In this document: in pieces, positions 60,399 through 64,000 of the stretch | How the letters are laid out: the number at the start of each line of letters is the position of its first letter | Numbering within the stretch: position 1 is the stretch's first letter | Assembly (NCBI RefSeq): GCF_009914755.1 | Contig: NC_060927.1 | Origin: the human T2T-CHM13v2.0 reference genome, Homo sapiens | Reading direction: 5' to 3' (one strand) | Length of the DNA stretch: 64,000 nt | Notes under the pieces: model-generated | Database searches by the model: none | What the model was told of the DNA's origin: nothing | Seen by the model: only the letters and a program-made list of their open reading frames with translations | Position numbers and translations under genes: made by a program

Positions 60399-61398
60399 TA
60401 GCTCAATAACATGTTAACTATAGAACTATCAAAAAAAAAAAAAGTCTAAATGGCTCCAAATTAACATCCCTGGAGGCCTTGAAAGACAAGCATCTTTAAC
60501 CTGGTAGCACATACCATTCCCCATAGGACACTCAGCAGCTGTGATAAGCCTCAGCCAGCACCCCTTAGCAATGAGGATTGGGATAAAGAAAATGCAAAAG
60601 GTCAAGTGGCCTTCCTCCCACTGCTCCACCCCGAGGGATTATTTGTAATAAGCCATGTTGATTCATCTTTCCTTTGTGAAACAGGTACTGTAAGGACTTG
60701 AGCACTAATGAGAAATATAATCTTCCACCACATAACATGTTTCTTGTGAACTTCTCATGAATGAAAAGTCCACAAATTTTTAAGGTGGCGAGTAGTCTCA
60801 GCCAATCTTTTCTCTCGTTTTTTTCTTAACAAATGTCTCCTTTTTCTTATTCTCTCCTTTTTCCCTTTAGTTCTCTCTCTTACATCTCATAATAATTTAG
60901 CACTTTTATTTCTCTGAAACTAGAATAACTTTTAAATTTTTAAACAATTAGTAATTATGTCTTGGCTTGCTTCAGTGAATGAGTTTATAGTTTATGTTGG
61001 CCCTGGAATACATATGTCCCAAAATACATGTGCTTGAATTACCCTGTGATGTTCACGTGAGAGAACCTCTGTCTCCCTATCAATCTAGTCCCTGTTCCTT
61101 CACACCATCTCCTACACCTCTTCCGTGTTGTTATAAATGAGGTATAGGGAAGGGTTTGACAAAATAGAATGAGATCTTGGTTATAAATGGTGCCTCAGAT
61201 CACTAAACCAAAGTTTTGTGACACGGCCAAGCCTCTTTTCTGTGTTTGAAGGAAACAGACATTTTCATAACAGGAAGCTGCAGAAAAAAGATTTGAAAGA
61301 TTAGCACTTGCCTTCTTGTTCAATCAGCTATAGGCAGGACAAAAGATAAATTCAAATTCTACCTCAGGTGCACAACCTAGGAAACTTTGAGCAGTTAG

Positions 61399-61800
<402 letters not shown>

Positions 61801-62539
61801 TCTTTCCATATTTAAATTGAGGAAATAATACCTACGTAATTATTTCAACATCTATTTTTGAGCCATAGCTAGGCATTATTCTAGGGTTCTACAATACACT
61901 TTGATTAAAATAATCAAAATCCTTTTTTCATGAAGTTTATATTTCACTTAATAGCATTTTTGAATGAACTAAATGATATCATTTAAATAAATCCAGAGTA
62001 TAGTATATACCACAAGATAAAATTCAAAACATGATATCCAAGGTGAGTTCTCCTTCCCAATTGGTGTATTCCCAACTTTTTTTCTGTTATGAATTTGGAT
62101 ATTGATTTATGAGGCTACAAGGTGGCATGACCCACATTAGTGACACAGATGGAACAAACTATTTTTCCAGTCTCTTAGAGGTTTTTGAAGAAGCTGGGAA
62201 GGAGGAATAAGCTTTGGACTGAACTAGAATATGATCTGAACAGGCCACAGCATTACCTAGAATAAAAGACGGGGTCTCATTTGGATTGATTTAGTCCAAG
62301 CTGAAAATGACAGGAGTTATTATTGGTTTAAAAAAAAATTTCTCAAATAAACTATTTTCAAGCCATACTTGATTCTTCTCTTTAAAAATTCTCTTTGTGA
62401 AATTAATCAGCATATCCAACAAGGAAAATACACCCCATGCCCATTTACATTTACCTCCCTTCATCTCCACTGATAAAGCCCTAGTACACATGTCTGTAAC
62501 TTTATTATAAATCACCACCATCTTTTCTCTTCCCAGCAG

Positions 62540-63670
62540 TCAGAATTACCTTAAAAAAAAAGAAAGAAATCAGACTGTGTGATCCCTATCCTCACCAGCT
62601 CCAAAAATCTTCTAGTGGCTATCCAGTGTGTTTAAAATAAAATCCAAACTGTCATAATTTTCAATGTCCTTACATGACCTTGCCTTTAAGTCATATTCGG
62701 CCAACCCATCCCCTTTTCACCGTGCTTAAGGTATCCTGGACTTCCTCATCAGGCTTGTTGCCGTCTCAGAGACTTTGCTCTTGCAGTTCCCTTTGCTTCA
62801 TGTGTTCGTCCACCATCTTCCTCAATATTTGCATTGATTATTCTTTCTTAGTTCAAATCAGAGAGGCCTGTGCTGACCACATAGCCTCTTTCCATCCTCC
62901 AGTCACTCTCTTTCACATTACCCTGTTTTAGTTACTTTATAACAGTGCATATCCTTCTTTGAGATCATAAGATCCATGAGCAGAGAACTTACCATCCTTG
63001 TTCTTCCCTCTATCCCCAGTGTCTCCCTCTAGGAGGTACTCAATAAATACTGCTGTGTACATGAATAAGATCTATGAAATTAGTACTTCTATGGGAATCC
63101 ACATTAATATATCTTTCTGAAATTTTGCTGGGCTCTCAATAATAGTATAAAAATGTTATTGATGGACTGTTTATGATGTGTAAGGCACTACAGGAGTATA
63201 GAAAGCACTCAACATACATCACTAAAACGAATTTTCCATCTGGTTTTCACTACTTTGAGGGGGTGCATTATTATGTTCATAACCATTTATAGCTTAGGGA
63301 ACTAAAACTCAGGAAATGAATTTATTACTCAAGATCTCACAGCTCATAAATGGCAACACTAGGATTCAAATCTAACTCTGACACTAAAGTCAATGCTCTT
63401 AATATTACAAACATCACCATCCATGTATCTTTTCATATCAGTCCTAGATACCAACTAGAAGCAAATATCTGTCAAAATTAACAACGTTTATAAAGGGCAT
63501 TCACTGAGTGCTTACTATGTACAAGGCATTATCTATGTTAATTTCACAACTGTGCTGTGATGTAGATACCTTGTTATTCAGATGAGAAAATTTCAGCTCA
63601 AGTTGGTCAGATGGAATTTGAACCCAGTTTTGTCTGGCTCTGGAGACTGAACTGTTAACTACTATGGGAT
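62540..63670. mobile_element. L2 3' remnant followed by MIR fragments
   Basis: aaaataaaatccaaact...taggaggtactcaataaata (L2 end); aaatggcaacactaggattcaaa and cactgagtgcttactatgt (MIR). Boundaries approximate. Confidence 0.55.
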
Positions 63671-64000
63671 CGTATTTTCCTGACCCAGTGAAAGACAGTA
63701 TTACTTGCCAAGTCACAGATGACAGAAACCACTAGACTAGGCCTCTGCTGCTACAAGCTGGGTGCAGCCCTACTGCCTGACCAGTACATTCATCTTGGTC
63801 AAATGACAGATGTATTGTGTCACTAACCATGGAAACCAGAAATCACTGCTGGCTGACCACCAACTCCCTGTCAAGTAGAGGAAAAACAACCAGAAGCCTA
63901 AACTTTCATGATTACATTAGTGGTACCTCCTTCATTTATTTTAAAAGCAATAAACTGTGCTTGTCCGTTGTTTCGATTACGAAGTTTCAAATGAGATTGA

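Overview
Primate (almost certainly human) genomic DNA from inside the LSAMP gene (IgLON family, 3q13.31), transcribed on the minus strand. The only host coding sequence is one 233-nt internal exon (14510-14742), which encodes most of the first Ig domain and has canonical splice signals. The rest is intron rich in interspersed repeats: about 22 Alus (one AluYa5-like), L1/L2/MIR fragments, hAT MITEs (MER20, MER30, MER5), MLT LTRs, a MER11C-type solo LTR, and a complete 5.87-kb HERV-H provirus with LTR7Y-type LTRs, a tRNA-His PBS and a 5-bp TSD. Both ERV elements lie in the same orientation as LSAMP. Nearly all ORFs in the track are Alu, repeat or random ORFs. I found no convincing novel multi-gene system. 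The signals not explained by standard annotation are a TSD-flanked 65-bp micro-retrocopy with its own AATAAA and A-tail (17922-18020), an ~80-nt hairpin with a perfect 16-bp stem (52320-52400), and the regulatory potential of the sense-oriented HERV-H and MER11 LTRs upstream of the exon. Repeat subfamily calls come from remembered consensus sequences, not from a database search.
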